A stretch of DNA of 64,000 bases from Longimicrobiales bacterium (GCA_965249725.1 CBDFMQ010000002.1:2528001-2592000), one strand, 5' to 3'. Shown: positions 9,869 to 19,763, numbered from the stretch's first letter. Program-made: numbers and translations. Notes: generated by a model from the letters alone, not told the origin.

Positions 9869-10602
9869 GGAATGGTGGGCAGCATGGCGCCGCTGTCTAA
9901 CAGGTCCGTGGCTATCGTCGCATCGAGGGCGAAGACGAGCACGAACCCTCCGACGCCCAGGATCAGAGCGATCATGAACACAGTGTAGGATATCCGAAGC
10001 AGCTGAAATTTCTTCTTGAGCACCTGACCGAGTCCGTACAGATCCCTCACCATGTTGATGTAGAGATGGTCGGGCGTCAGCATCAGGTCCTTCATGCCTT
10101 CCACGAAGTCGCCCTCGGAAAGGTTCACGAAGTTGCCGAAGAAGAGGATGTTGGCGTCGTTGCGATCGATGTCCTCCAGCGTGAGCGGCTGGCTACTGAC
10201 TCTGGGGCGCGCCGCCAGGACCGCGAAGACCAGGGCGGCAAGGCAGCCCAGAAGCAGAATGCTCACGGGCAGGACCAGGAGCGGCAGGCCCCCGATACGC
10301 GGTGCCAGCGCGGCGAGTGTGATCGAGATGATCAGACCGTTCACGCTGATCATGATATTGGCCTTGCTGTCGGCCAGGCCGACCAGATCCTGGTGGACCC
10401 GGTAGCTGGTCCGGAACATCGTCTCGATGCCACGCGACGATCCGAGAGATGTCGGCTTGTTCTTCTTCTTCTTGCCCTTCTTGGCGCCGTCCGCCACGGG
10501 GGCCTCTCCTCCACCGCCAGGGACTCCCGCGGACACGTCCGCCTCGACGCCCTCGCTGGCGGCCTCCGTGGCGTCTCTCGGTTCGTTCTGCTCTAAGTCC
10601 AT
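9865..10602 (-). CDS. DUF5706 (Pycsar effector-type) membrane protein, stand-alone
   Basis: RGIETMFRTS...ADSKANIMISVN, AARP, NILFFGNF, LGQVLKKKFQLLRISYTVFM. About 3 TM helices. Confidence 0.8.
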   Translation of the reverse strand: MDLEQNEPRDATEAASEGVEADVSAGVPGGGGEAPVADGAKKGKKKKNKPTSLGSSRGIETMFRTSYRVHQDLVGLADSKANIMISVNGLIISITLAALAPRIGGLPLLVLPVSILLLGCLAALVFAVLAARPRVSSQPLTLEDIDRNDANILFFGNFVNLSEGDFVEGMKDLMLTPDHLYINMVRDLYGLGQVLKKKFQLLRISYTVFMIALILGVGGFVLVFALDATIATDLLDSGAMLPTIP

Positions 10603-10618
10603 GCGTTCTCACTCTGGC

Positions 10619-12767
10619 TCAACGGGATCGGACCTCCCCCAACAGTTCTTCCAAGTACCGGTACGTGTCAATCTGGCTGCGCACGGACAACGCTCCGTCG
10701 GCGGTCACGAATCGGTTGCTCTGCTCCGCGTCGATCATCCGGGCCTTGGTGTTGTCGGCGAGCTGAAGGCCCAACACGTGCTTTAGCTGGGCCTTAACGT
10801 CGGGATCATAGATCGGAAACGCGACCTCGACCCTTCGGTTCAGATTGCGGGTCATCCAATCGGCCGAGGCCAAATACAGCCGCTCGGCACCCGCTGCGTT
10901 GAACAGGTAGATGCGCGAGTGCTCCAGGAATCGGTCTACGATGCTACGGCCGGAGATCGTTTCGCTGAGGTCGTCCACCCCCGGGCGGAGGCAACAGATA
11001 CCTCGAATCAAGAGCTGAACCGGGACACCCGCGGCACTGGCCTCGTAGAGCCGGTCGATCATGCCACTGTCCTGGAGGCTATTCATTTTGGCGGTGATTC
11101 CCGAGGCTCGCCCGGCCCGTGCCTCGTCGATCTCGGCCTCGATGAGCGCGTTGAAGCGGTCCCTCAGGTGATGGGGCGCCACGAGGAGGTGCTCAAAGTG
11201 AGGCTCCACGTCCTCGCCGCCGAGAATGCGGAACACGCAACGCACCTCTTTCGTGAGCCTCTCGTCGGCGGTCATGAGCCCGTGGTCCGAGTAGATGAGT
11301 GCGGTGTTCTCATTGAAGTTGCCCGTGGGCCAGGAGCGCGTAGTACCGGTTGGCGTCACCCTCGCGTCGCTGGATGAGCGCCAGCTTGGCGTGCACCTTG
11401 ATCCCCTGCCGGCCATAGAAGGTGCGCACCCCGGCGCGCTCCATCCGCTCGGCCCACTCCAGGTTGAGCTCTTCATCGAAGCGCGCCTGAACCTCGACGA
11501 AGGCCGACACGTCCTTGCCGTTCCGGGCGGCCTCGATGAGGGCTTCGACGACCGCGGAATCCCGGGCGACCCGATACAGCGAAATCCAGATGGCGTTCAC
11601 GCCGGGATCGGCCGCCGCCGCCTCGATAAAACGCACGACACGGTCATACGACTGGTACGGGAAGTGCAGCAACCGGTCCCGCTCCGAGACGGCTTCGAAC
11701 AGGTTCGTGGCACTGTCCAGCGCCGGATGGCCCAGCGGGGGGAGTGGCGGATCCTCATGCTCGGGCGCGTCACCCGCCGGGAATCCGAACAGGTCGTGTA
11801 GGTTGTGGTAGCGCCCTCCCAGGATCAGGTCCTCATCCCGGATTCCGAGGCCGACTTTCACACGGTTCATTATCACATGAGGGAGTCGCATGTCGTAGAG
11901 GAAGCGGATCGGGATCCCCGTGTCGCGCTTCTTCAGGCTCTTCCTGATCGCCTCCTTGAGCCCCTGGTCGAACTCGTCGTCGAGATGCAGGTCGGCGTCC
12001 CGGGATACCTTGACCGCGTATGCCCCAGCCACGACCTGGTCCGGGAATACGCTCGGGAGGTTGTGTCGGATGATGTCGTCGAGGAATACGACGTAGCACC
12101 GGTCACCGGTGACCGGAATGGAGAGGAACCTCGGGAGGGGCGGACTCGGGACCTCCACGAGCCCCAACCTCGGTCCGGAGGATCCCACTCTTATGTCCTG
12201 GCTGGGCTGGAGCTCTACGACCAGGTAGACCGTGTGGTCCTTCAGGAAGACCCCCTCTCCACCCTCCTCCAGATACGTAGGCTTCAGGAGGGGCCCGACG
12301 TGCTCGACGAAGTAGTCCTCAAGGGTCGAGTGGTACTCCTCAGGTAGTCCGACCTCGTCGACGAGGTCGATTCCCGCCTCGTTCAGCGCTGGGAGGATCT
12401 GCTCTCGGAAGGCGGCCCCGAATCGTTCCTGCTGTGCGAGCGCGACGTCGTGGATCTCGCGGAGTAGGCGCGAAGGGTTCAAGCGGCGCTTCTTGCCCTT
12501 CTTATTCTTGATTGAGAGAAGGGCCCTGAGCGACGCCACTCGTACACGAAAGAACTCGTCCAGATTGGACGAGAAGATGGCGAGGAACTTGAGGCGCTCG
12601 AAGAGCGGAACCGCCGGGTTCTCCGCCTCTTGGAGCACCCGCTCGTTGAAGGAGAGCCAACTCAGCTCACGGTTGACGTAGCGCTCGCCGGTGGAGTCAA
12701 CGCCCAACCCCGCCTCGGTCGGATCCTCCTCCGCCACGAGGGCGCTCGGAGTGGTGCGATCCGTCAC
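10619..12767 (-). pseudogene. ppk1: Polyphosphate kinase 1, frameshifted near 11328 (possibly a sequencing error)
   Basis: NRELSWLSFNERVL, SNLDEFFRVRV, HFPY, ARFDEELN and KVHAK lie in one frame. TGNFNE, KMNSL, DRFLEHSR and SADWMTRN lie in another. One extra base in GCCCACG. Confidence 0.9.
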
Positions 12768-12769
12768 CT

Positions 12770-15505
12770 TCAGAAGGAGAATCCGAGGCCCCCGAGGAGT
12801 CGGGTCGAGTCGTCGGACTGAGCCACGGTTACCGAGATGAGAGGCGTGTGTTGCCGTAGGAACGAGAACCACACGCCGCCGCCGTAGGCCCAACGCCAGA
12901 GGTCTGAGTCCTCACCCTCGAGGTACACGCGCCCCACGTCGACCATTCCGTGGACTCCGACCTGTCCCGGAAGAGGGCTACTCAGCGCACCCAGGCGCAG
13001 CCGCAGCTCACTCTTCGCGAAGACCATGGCGTCGCCGGCGTAGCGGTCATCCGCCGCACCTCGGAAGTTCTCCGCACCGCCAAGATAAGCCGCGCTGAGA
13101 TAGGGATAGTCGCCCCACAGCTTCTCACCGCCCACCTCGAGCGCGAGGACGGGTGACATGGGCATGGTCGCCTGCAGGAAGACCTCCGCAGAACCCGCCA
13201 CGCTCCCGTAGTCGGACCGCAGCTCCGAGAACTCCGGGAAGTACGTGGCCTCTACCTGAATGCGAGCGCCCTTGGTCGGAAACCAGGCGTGGTCACGAGC
13301 ATCCCAATCGATCCCCGTCTCGATCCCGAACTGGAACAGGTCCGAGAACCCGTACGGACTCTCCTGGGCAATGAGCCGTCCCTCGTTCTTCGACTGCGAA
13401 TGCAGATCGAGTTCGAACAAAGCTCCGCCTGTCAGGACCACGTCGCCCGACGTCCAACTGAGTTCCGATTCGAAGGTCAGAGCCTGGCGATCGACCTGGT
13501 AGAAGTCGAGATCATCCGAATCCGACTGGACGGTCTCGTTCCCTAAACCGAAGAATCGGTACCGGTCGGCCCCCTGGTATCGCGCGCGTGCCTCGCCGCG
13601 AAGCCTACCCACGGGAAAACTCGCGCGCAGCTCCACGAGCGGAAGCTGAGTCGCCGTCCCGATCCCGACCGTATAGCCCACCGAGCTACCGTACGGGTAC
13701 TGGCGAAAGGCGAAGCTTCGCCGGTTCGCACCCATCTCACCGTATACGCCCTTCCTCCCGCCGATCTCGAAGAACGGGAAGTACGTCCACGCGTGACCCC
13801 AGTCCCGGGGAGGTGCTCCATAGCTCTCGACCACGTCGGGAGCATCGTAGTCGTACTCGTGAACCGATGTGTTCCGCCCCCGGGTGATCTCGTTGTTCCC
13901 GCGATCATCGTGGAACTCGACTCGCCCCGAACCACCGGTCTCGTCGAGGAGTACATCGGCCCGGCCGCCTCCTACGATACGGAGGGTCACCCGCGCATCG
14001 GCGTCGCCCCGCACCACAGCCCGGTCCTGCTCACCCAAGAGGTAGAGCCGCACATCTTCGGTTTCTGAGCCGAGGAAGGTCCGATCGTAGTATGCGTCTC
14101 CCCTGGGCTGTTCGTCGCTGTCCTTTTCCCAGAGCCGGACGCGCACCCGGTCTCCCTCCAACCACTCTACGAGGGCGTACTCCTCCTCGTCGGTTCCGTA
14201 CACGTCCACGTTGCGCACGAGGAGGTCGTAGAACGCACGCGCCTGGACCATCAGGTTATCGCGGCGCTGGGTCAGGGCGCCCAACATGAACTCCCCCACC
14301 CGATCGTAGTACGGAGCGGGCATGCGCCTCACCGCATCCCGAATCACATCGTCGTTCAGCCTCTGTTGGAGGTCGGAGGCGATGGCCTGCCACATGCTCC
14401 ATTCGAGGCCGGTGAGGAACTTCCGGTCCAGGGCTCGGCCGGACCAGGTGATCTCGATGGCCGATGGGTAGTCCTCCTCGAAGCCTACCAGGTGGCGCGC
14501 CACGCTGGGAGAGATGCTCTTGAACCACTTCAGGAGGAGGCCGTCCAGCCTCGTCAGAGCCCAGTCCCGATCTCTGGGCACGGGCCTGAAGACGAGGACA
14601 CCGTCGTTCTCGAAACCGGCCCAACGCCACTGGTCGGGGTGCCGGTCCCAGTCCCCCACGAACATGTCCAGCAGTCGAGCGCGCAAGAAATCCTCCGCGT
14701 CGACGCGGTTGTCCGGGTCCTCTTCCAGTCGCTCGAAGAGGCGATCGGAGCTGATGACCCGAGTGGACCCCGCGAAGCCCGGCTCGCCGTTCTCTCCCTC
14801 GTCGGGCCGCTCTTCGATGAACCCCAGGAGTCCGGCGAATTCCTGCTGGAACTCACCCAGGCGAGGCTCGTCGGGCATGACCACGAGTGTCGGGTCGGGA
14901 TGCAAGACCCCCGCAGCCTCGAGGAGCGGGGCAACCACGATGGCAGACATGGGGAAAATGGCAGAGATCTGGTCCTGCTGTGCCCACGCGACGAACGTCT
15001 CCTGCAGCAGCGGGTCTAGACCCCGAGCTGCGTCCTTGTCGATCGAGCGGAAGTTGTAGAGGACCCCGTCCTCCCCGCGCATCCTCAAGGATGAGGTCTG
15101 CTTCCCTCCGCCCCGCCGCACCACCGTGAGTCCGCCGGCGTAGTCATCGAAGTCGAGTACCTGCGCTCTGACGGGAATCCGCCAGAGCTCCCGCCAGCCA
15201 TGCCCCATCATGGCGGCGCGCCACGGGTGCGCATCGTAACTCCGCCCCGCCGCACCACCGTGAGTCCGCCGGCGTAGTCATCGAAGTCGAGTACCTGCGC
15301 TCTGACGGGAATCCGCCAGAGCTCCCGCCAGCCATGCCCCATCATGGCGGCGCGCCACGGGTGCGCATCGTAACTCATGCGCGGAGTCGCGAGCACCGAG
15401 TCTCCTCCCGAAGGCGTCTGCGCCGCCCGGGGCCGGCCCAGTCAGCAAGGCCAGGCCGAGCAACACGAGCCCCAGCCGGCTCAGTGCCGTTGGCGAGAGG
15501 ATCAT
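12770..15505 (-). pseudogene. Exported atypical-kinase-like domain plus Omp85/BamA-type barrel; 5' end disrupted by a +1 base and a 134-bp duplication
   Basis: Signal peptide from ATG 15505. Main ORF 12770-15211 has GGGKQT, GDWDRHPDQW and PRDRD, then barrel motifs (WDARD..FPTKG, LGGAENFRG, ELR, DVGRV) and terminal LGFSF. Confidence 0.8.
15106..15376. repeat. Exact 134-bp tandem duplication with CTC junction microhomology
   Basis: 15106-15239 equals 15240-15373, and identity extends 3 more bases. Confidence 0.95.
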
Positions 15506-15669
15506 CGTTGGCTCCGTTGGAATACGGGGTGGAGAGGCGGTGTGCATCGGGACGAGAGGTGTCGATCTAGTAATGGCCATCGGCCCCACACGGGGCAAGC
15601 GTCCTTGTTGCGTGCCGCTTCCTTGTCGATCTTCGGTCGATCTGCGACTACTCTCAAAAAGCACAGGCG

Positions 15670-16194
15670 ATGCTGAACGTTCCACACACGCGGCTCTTGG
15701 CAGTCCTACTGGCGGTTTTCCTGCTGGCTGTGCCACGTCAGGCTCTATCGCAAGACGGGGCCACGGTGGTGTACCTCGTTAGGCACGCCGAGAAAGTCGA
15801 CGACTCCAAGAACCCTCCCCTTTCGGCGGCCGGCCGTGAGCGGGCGGCGCTTCTGGCGAACATGCTGCGCGACGCGGGACTCACACACCTGCACAGCACC
15901 GATCTGGAGCGCACGCGAGACACGGCGGCGCCAGTCGCAGCCCAGCTGGACCTCGAGATTCACTTCTACGATCAGCGTGATCTGCCGGGATTCGCCGAAC
16001 GACTCCGCGCCACACCCGGACGGCATCTGGTGAGTGGTCATTCGGACACCACCCCGACGATGGTGAGGCTGCTCGGGGGTGAGACGTCCGACATCGCCGA
16101 TCCGGAGTACGACCGCCTCTATGTGCTCACGCTCGAGCCGGGCGGGCAGGCGACGACCGTACTGATCCGCTTCGGGGCATCCTCCGGAGGCTGA
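15670..16194 (+). CDS. Exported histidine phosphatase (phosphoglycerate mutase/SixA-like)
   Basis: YLVRHAEK, RTRDT, SGHSDT. Signal peptide. Confidence 0.85.
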   Translation: MLNVPHTRLLAVLLAVFLLAVPRQALSQDGATVVYLVRHAEKVDDSKNPPLSAAGRERAALLANMLRDAGLTHLHSTDLERTRDTAAPVAAQLDLEIHFYDQRDLPGFAERLRATPGRHLVSGHSDTTPTMVRLLGGETSDIADPEYDRLYVLTLEPGGQATTVLIRFGASSGG

Positions 16195-16269
16195 TCGGCC
16201 CGAAGGAACCACGCTCGTGCCCCGTAGTGTAGGCTAAACGCGCGTGGAAGAACCCTCACCGAGACCCAC

Positions 16270-17862
16270 TTGGCCAGCATCGCACTAGCAGAAACCCAAC
16301 CCGACGTTCTGAAAGCCCTGAGATCTCTCGGTGGCCGCGGTACCGTGGGCGACGTCGTCTCGAACGCCGGACTCCCCCGCGACCAGGTGGAAACCACGCT
16401 CAAGGGCCTTCTCGAGACCCACGAAGGGCACCTCGAAGTCTCGGACTCGGGGGAGCTGGTCTACCTGTTCGACAAGAAGCTGATCCGACGCGATCGCGTC
16501 TCGACGATCGAACGCCTCAAGGCGACCGCCCGGACCTTCCTGACCGGTGCGTTCAAGGCGTGGATCGTCACGATGCTCGTGGTCTACTTCGTGGTGTTCG
16601 TCGCCTTGGTCGTCGCGGCCTTGGTGGCGATGGCGTCGCGTGGCGGAGACCGGAGGAGTGGAGGAGGCAGTTGGGGACGAGGCGGCGGTCGGCACAGCGG
16701 TCACTTTCACTTTCCGAGCTTCTGGCTCTGGTACTACATCTGGACCCCGCGCTGGCGGCTGGGCCGCCCGTACTACGGTCACCGCTGGGAGAGGACCCTC
16801 GAGAAGGACAACCGCCCGCCCTTCTACAAGAAGGTCTTCGCGTTCGTCTTCGGTCCCGACCGGCCGAGGCCGACGCAGAAGCAGCTCGACCGATCCACCC
16901 TCCGCCTGATTCGGGCGCGAAGGGGCGTGCTGACCACGGCCGAACTCATGGAGCACAACGCCCTCCCCCGCCCCGAGGCCGAGGACGAGATGGGTCGACT
17001 GCTCGGATCGTACGCGGGGGAGCCGACCGTCTCACCGGACGGAGAGCTGGTGTACGCGTTCCCGGAGCTGATGGTGAGCGCCCACGGGCCTGTCACCGCC
17101 AAGGAGCCCAACCCGGCCTGGCTCCGCATGGAGTACCCGCTCGAACTCACGGGCAATGAGAAGAAGCACGATGCGCTGATCGCCGGGATGAACGGATTCA
17201 CGCTGGTGGCCGGAGCCACGGCACCCTGGTTCATATTCCCGCAGCTCGGCATCTCCGGGCCTGCCGCGTTCGTCGGGCTCGTGTTGGTGCCCGTGGTGTT
17301 CAGCGTGCTCTTCTTCGGTGTGCCCCTGCTGCGCATGATGGGAGTGCGACGCGAGAACAAGGCACGCAAGGCCCGCAATGTGAGACGCCTGGTCCTGGGG
17401 CTGGTCTACCGAGAGGCTCTCGCCGGACGTGGAGCCGTGACGGTGGAAGCGGCCGCCGGCTACGTGCGGAACCGCCTGAAGGACCAGGCGGTCGATGATG
17501 TCGAAGTCGAGGCAGCCCTCCACTCCATCGCCGCCGAGTTCAATGCCGACGTCACCTCGGGAGCCGACGGGTCCTTGGTGTTCACGTTGCCTGCGATCCG
17601 GCGAGAGTTCGTGGCGAGTGAGATGGTACGTCAGGGCCTCGCACTGGAAAACCGCAAACTGGGCGACATCGTGTATTCGAGCGCCGACTCGTCCGTGGAG
17701 GCCTCCAAACGAGACCTGGACGAATTCGACCGGCAACTCGCCGGCGCGGAGATGGACCTGAGCGGTTATCTGCCGTCGCCAGACCGGGCGGGCTTCGAGG
17801 ACGACTACGAGATCGTAGCGTTCGATGAGGAGCTGCGGGGCAAAAGCATCAAGCGGGGCTAG
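16270..17862 (+). CDS. Membrane protein with three internal winged-helix-like repeats (At5g03900-like family)
   Basis: TVGDVVSNAGL...GHLEVSDSGELVYLF, GEPTVSPDGELVYAFP and ADVTSGADGSLVFTLP. Three hydrophobic segments. Confidence 0.7.
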   Translation: MASIALAETQPDVLKALRSLGGRGTVGDVVSNAGLPRDQVETTLKGLLETHEGHLEVSDSGELVYLFDKKLIRRDRVSTIERLKATARTFLTGAFKAWIVTMLVVYFVVFVALVVAALVAMASRGGDRRSGGGSWGRGGGRHSGHFHFPSFWLWYYIWTPRWRLGRPYYGHRWERTLEKDNRPPFYKKVFAFVFGPDRPRPTQKQLDRSTLRLIRARRGVLTTAELMEHNALPRPEAEDEMGRLLGSYAGEPTVSPDGELVYAFPELMVSAHGPVTAKEPNPAWLRMEYPLELTGNEKKHDALIAGMNGFTLVAGATAPWFIFPQLGISGPAAFVGLVLVPVVFSVLFFGVPLLRMMGVRRENKARKARNVRRLVLGLVYREALAGRGAVTVEAAAGYVRNRLKDQAVDDVEVEAALHSIAAEFNADVTSGADGSLVFTLPAIRREFVASEMVRQGLALENRKLGDIVYSSADSSVEASKRDLDEFDRQLAGAEMDLSGYLPSPDRAGFEDDYEIVAFDEELRGKSIKRG

Positions 17863-19378
17863 ACCCAACCTCGACCGACCCGCGGACCCCCGACGCTCGA
17901 CCCCGAAACCCCGAGGACGCTCGAGCCCGAAGCTCCGATTGCGCTCGACTCCGAAACCCCGATGTGGACGATTCAACGGACACTTCCAGGGCCTCGAGCG
18001 CCCGCTTGAACACGTCGGAGGGGATGTCGACCTCGCGCTTGTAACGGGCCGACCCGGTGAAATAGTCGGGCTCGATGCCTCGGGCCCGGTTCTCCTCAAT
18101 GAGCGCCTCGACAGGCTCGGGAGTCAGCGGTGGGGTCGGGGATGGCTGGTCGGGGATCATCCTCATCTTCGGATCGAGGAAGTAGAGCCGCTCCCCCCGA
18201 GGGAAGTGAGCCGTATACCCTTCCTCGTGCACCAACCGATGATGAAACTGGCACAGCAGCACCAGGTTCTCGAGCTTGGTCGCTCCACCGTCGGCCCAGT
18301 GCCTGATGTGATGAGCGTCGGTGAAGCGGAGGCCGCAACCCGGGAATCGGCATCCTCGGTCCCGGGACTCCAGCGCCCGCCTGAGCGCCGGCGGCATCGT
18401 GCGAGTCTTGCGGCCCACGTCAAGAATCGAACCAGCGGGTGACTCGATGAGCCGCACCACGCTGGCGTCGCACGAGAGCCTCCGGGACGTTTCCGCGGAA
18501 ACGCGTGTGCCGTCTTCGAGGTCGGAACGGCCGGGCTCCGTGTCGGATTGCAGCGTGGGCGCCTCGACGTGCAGGACCACTTGGTAGCGTTCGGCCCGGG
18601 TGCCGCTGATGGGGGCTGTGTGGTCGCGTCGATCTTCAGCACGCTCCTGCCCGAACCCGGCCGCCAGCGCTCTCTCCGCCACCAGCCCCACCGCATCTGC
18701 CCGCCGCTGCTTCGGTGTGACGTCCTTTGAGGAACCGGTCAAAGCGTCCTCGCCAGAAGCGCTCTCACGGAACAGCGCGTCACTCGCCGCATCCACAGCC
18801 TGCAGGAGCATCGCTCCCGCCTCCGGATCCAACCGGCCACGCACCACGTACATGCCCTCTTCGTCCGGGAACACTGAAAAGCAGCGCGAGCGATGACGCA
18901 TCCGCTCGAACTCGGCCTCGTCGTGCCGGCTCAGGCTACGCCACGCCCGCACCACCCGCTCCAACTGGGCCGCCGTGCACGAGTGGGCGAGCTCGAGCAG
19001 CTCCCCCTCACTCGCGGGAGTGGCCACGCGCGTGAGCGCCCTCACCTTGGCGAAGGACAGCTCCCCCTGGGCCATGGACGCACCGATCCGAGGAAGCTCC
19101 ACGAGGGCACGCGAGGCTCGCACCCTCTCTCGGGCGGCCCCCAGATCGATCCCGGTGCGGAAGGCGAGCCAGTGGGCGCACGACCTGTGGCCGCCGGGCT
19201 CCCACCCTCTGAGCCGGTCGAACTCAGCGATCAGGGTGAGAAGGCGGTGCTCAGCGGCATGGATGTGCGCGGCGAGTGTAGCGATCTCGTCCCCCAAATC
19301 CTGGAGGTCGTCGAGGTGGTTGTCGGAGCTGGTGGGAGCGTACGGGACATCTGGAACAGTGAGCGTGGCGGGACGCAT
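17849..19378 (-). CDS. DUF222 domain plus HNH endonuclease protein
   Basis: SCAHWL...ARERVR, QRRADA, RRLSCDA, RDRGCRFPGC...HHIRHWADGG...NLVLLCQFHH. Confidence 0.9.
   Translation of the reverse strand: MRPATLTVPDVPYAPTSSDNHLDDLQDLGDEIATLAAHIHAAEHRLLTLIAEFDRLRGWEPGGHRSCAHWLAFRTGIDLGAARERVRASRALVELPRIGASMAQGELSFAKVRALTRVATPASEGELLELAHSCTAAQLERVVRAWRSLSRHDEAEFERMRHRSRCFSVFPDEEGMYVVRGRLDPEAGAMLLQAVDAASDALFRESASGEDALTGSSKDVTPKQRRADAVGLVAERALAAGFGQERAEDRRDHTAPISGTRAERYQVVLHVEAPTLQSDTEPGRSDLEDGTRVSAETSRRLSCDASVVRLIESPAGSILDVGRKTRTMPPALRRALESRDRGCRFPGCGLRFTDAHHIRHWADGGATKLENLVLLCQFHHRLVHEEGYTAHFPRGERLYFLDPKMRMIPDQPSPTPPLTPEPVEALIEENRARGIEPDYFTGSARYKREVDIPSDVFKRALEALEVSVESSTSGFRSRAQSELRARASSGFRGRASGVRGSVEVGSSPA
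17894..17965. repeat. 24-bp degenerate tandem repeat x3
   Basis: CGCTCGACCCCGAAACCCCGAGGA / CGCTCGAGCCCGAAGCTCCGATTG / CGCTCGACTCCGAAACCCCGATGT. Confidence 0.75.
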
Positions 19379-19572
19379 CGGAAACCCCTGATCTGTAATG
19401 GCGGTAACGACTTACAGTGAAATATAAGGGGCATATTTCGGGCCTCTCAGAGGCCCCTGGAGGCGCGAGGAGGGGTGTCGAGGTCAAAGAAGTCGCAACG
19501 ACCGTGGTTGACGGGGCGGCCGGCACGGGGAGGCCGTAGACAAGCCGATTCAGACACACTCCCGGACCTAGC

Positions 19573-19730
19573 GGACTACGTCTTACGCAAAGCCGTCCAT
19601 AGCTGGATGGGACTACGCGCAGGCGGCGGACTACAGGTAGAGGATGGGTGTGGACTACGCATGGGGGACGGGCGCGGACTACGCGCCGGATGCGGAAAAC
19701 GTACGGAAAACGCGTGGCGGTTGGGACTAA
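19573..19730. repeat. Cluster of GGACTAC motifs
   Basis: Exact copies at 19573, 19610, 19628, 19652 and 19676. Variants at 19694, 19705 and 19724. Confidence 0.7.
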
Positions 19731-19763
19731 GCAGTGGCAGGGGGGTGCTGGTAAGGGCGTCCG

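Noticed and set aside
9865..10602. Complete Pycsar anti-phage system
   Set aside because: No pyrimidine cyclase nearby, and the context is ppk1.
15278..15280. Selenocysteine or read-through TGA in the Omp85 gene
   Set aside because: The TGA lies in an out-of-frame reading of the duplicated segment, so it is better explained as a lesion or artefact.
19573..19730. Possible CRISPR array
   Set aside because: The repeat core is only 7 bp, spacing is short and irregular, and no cas genes are present.
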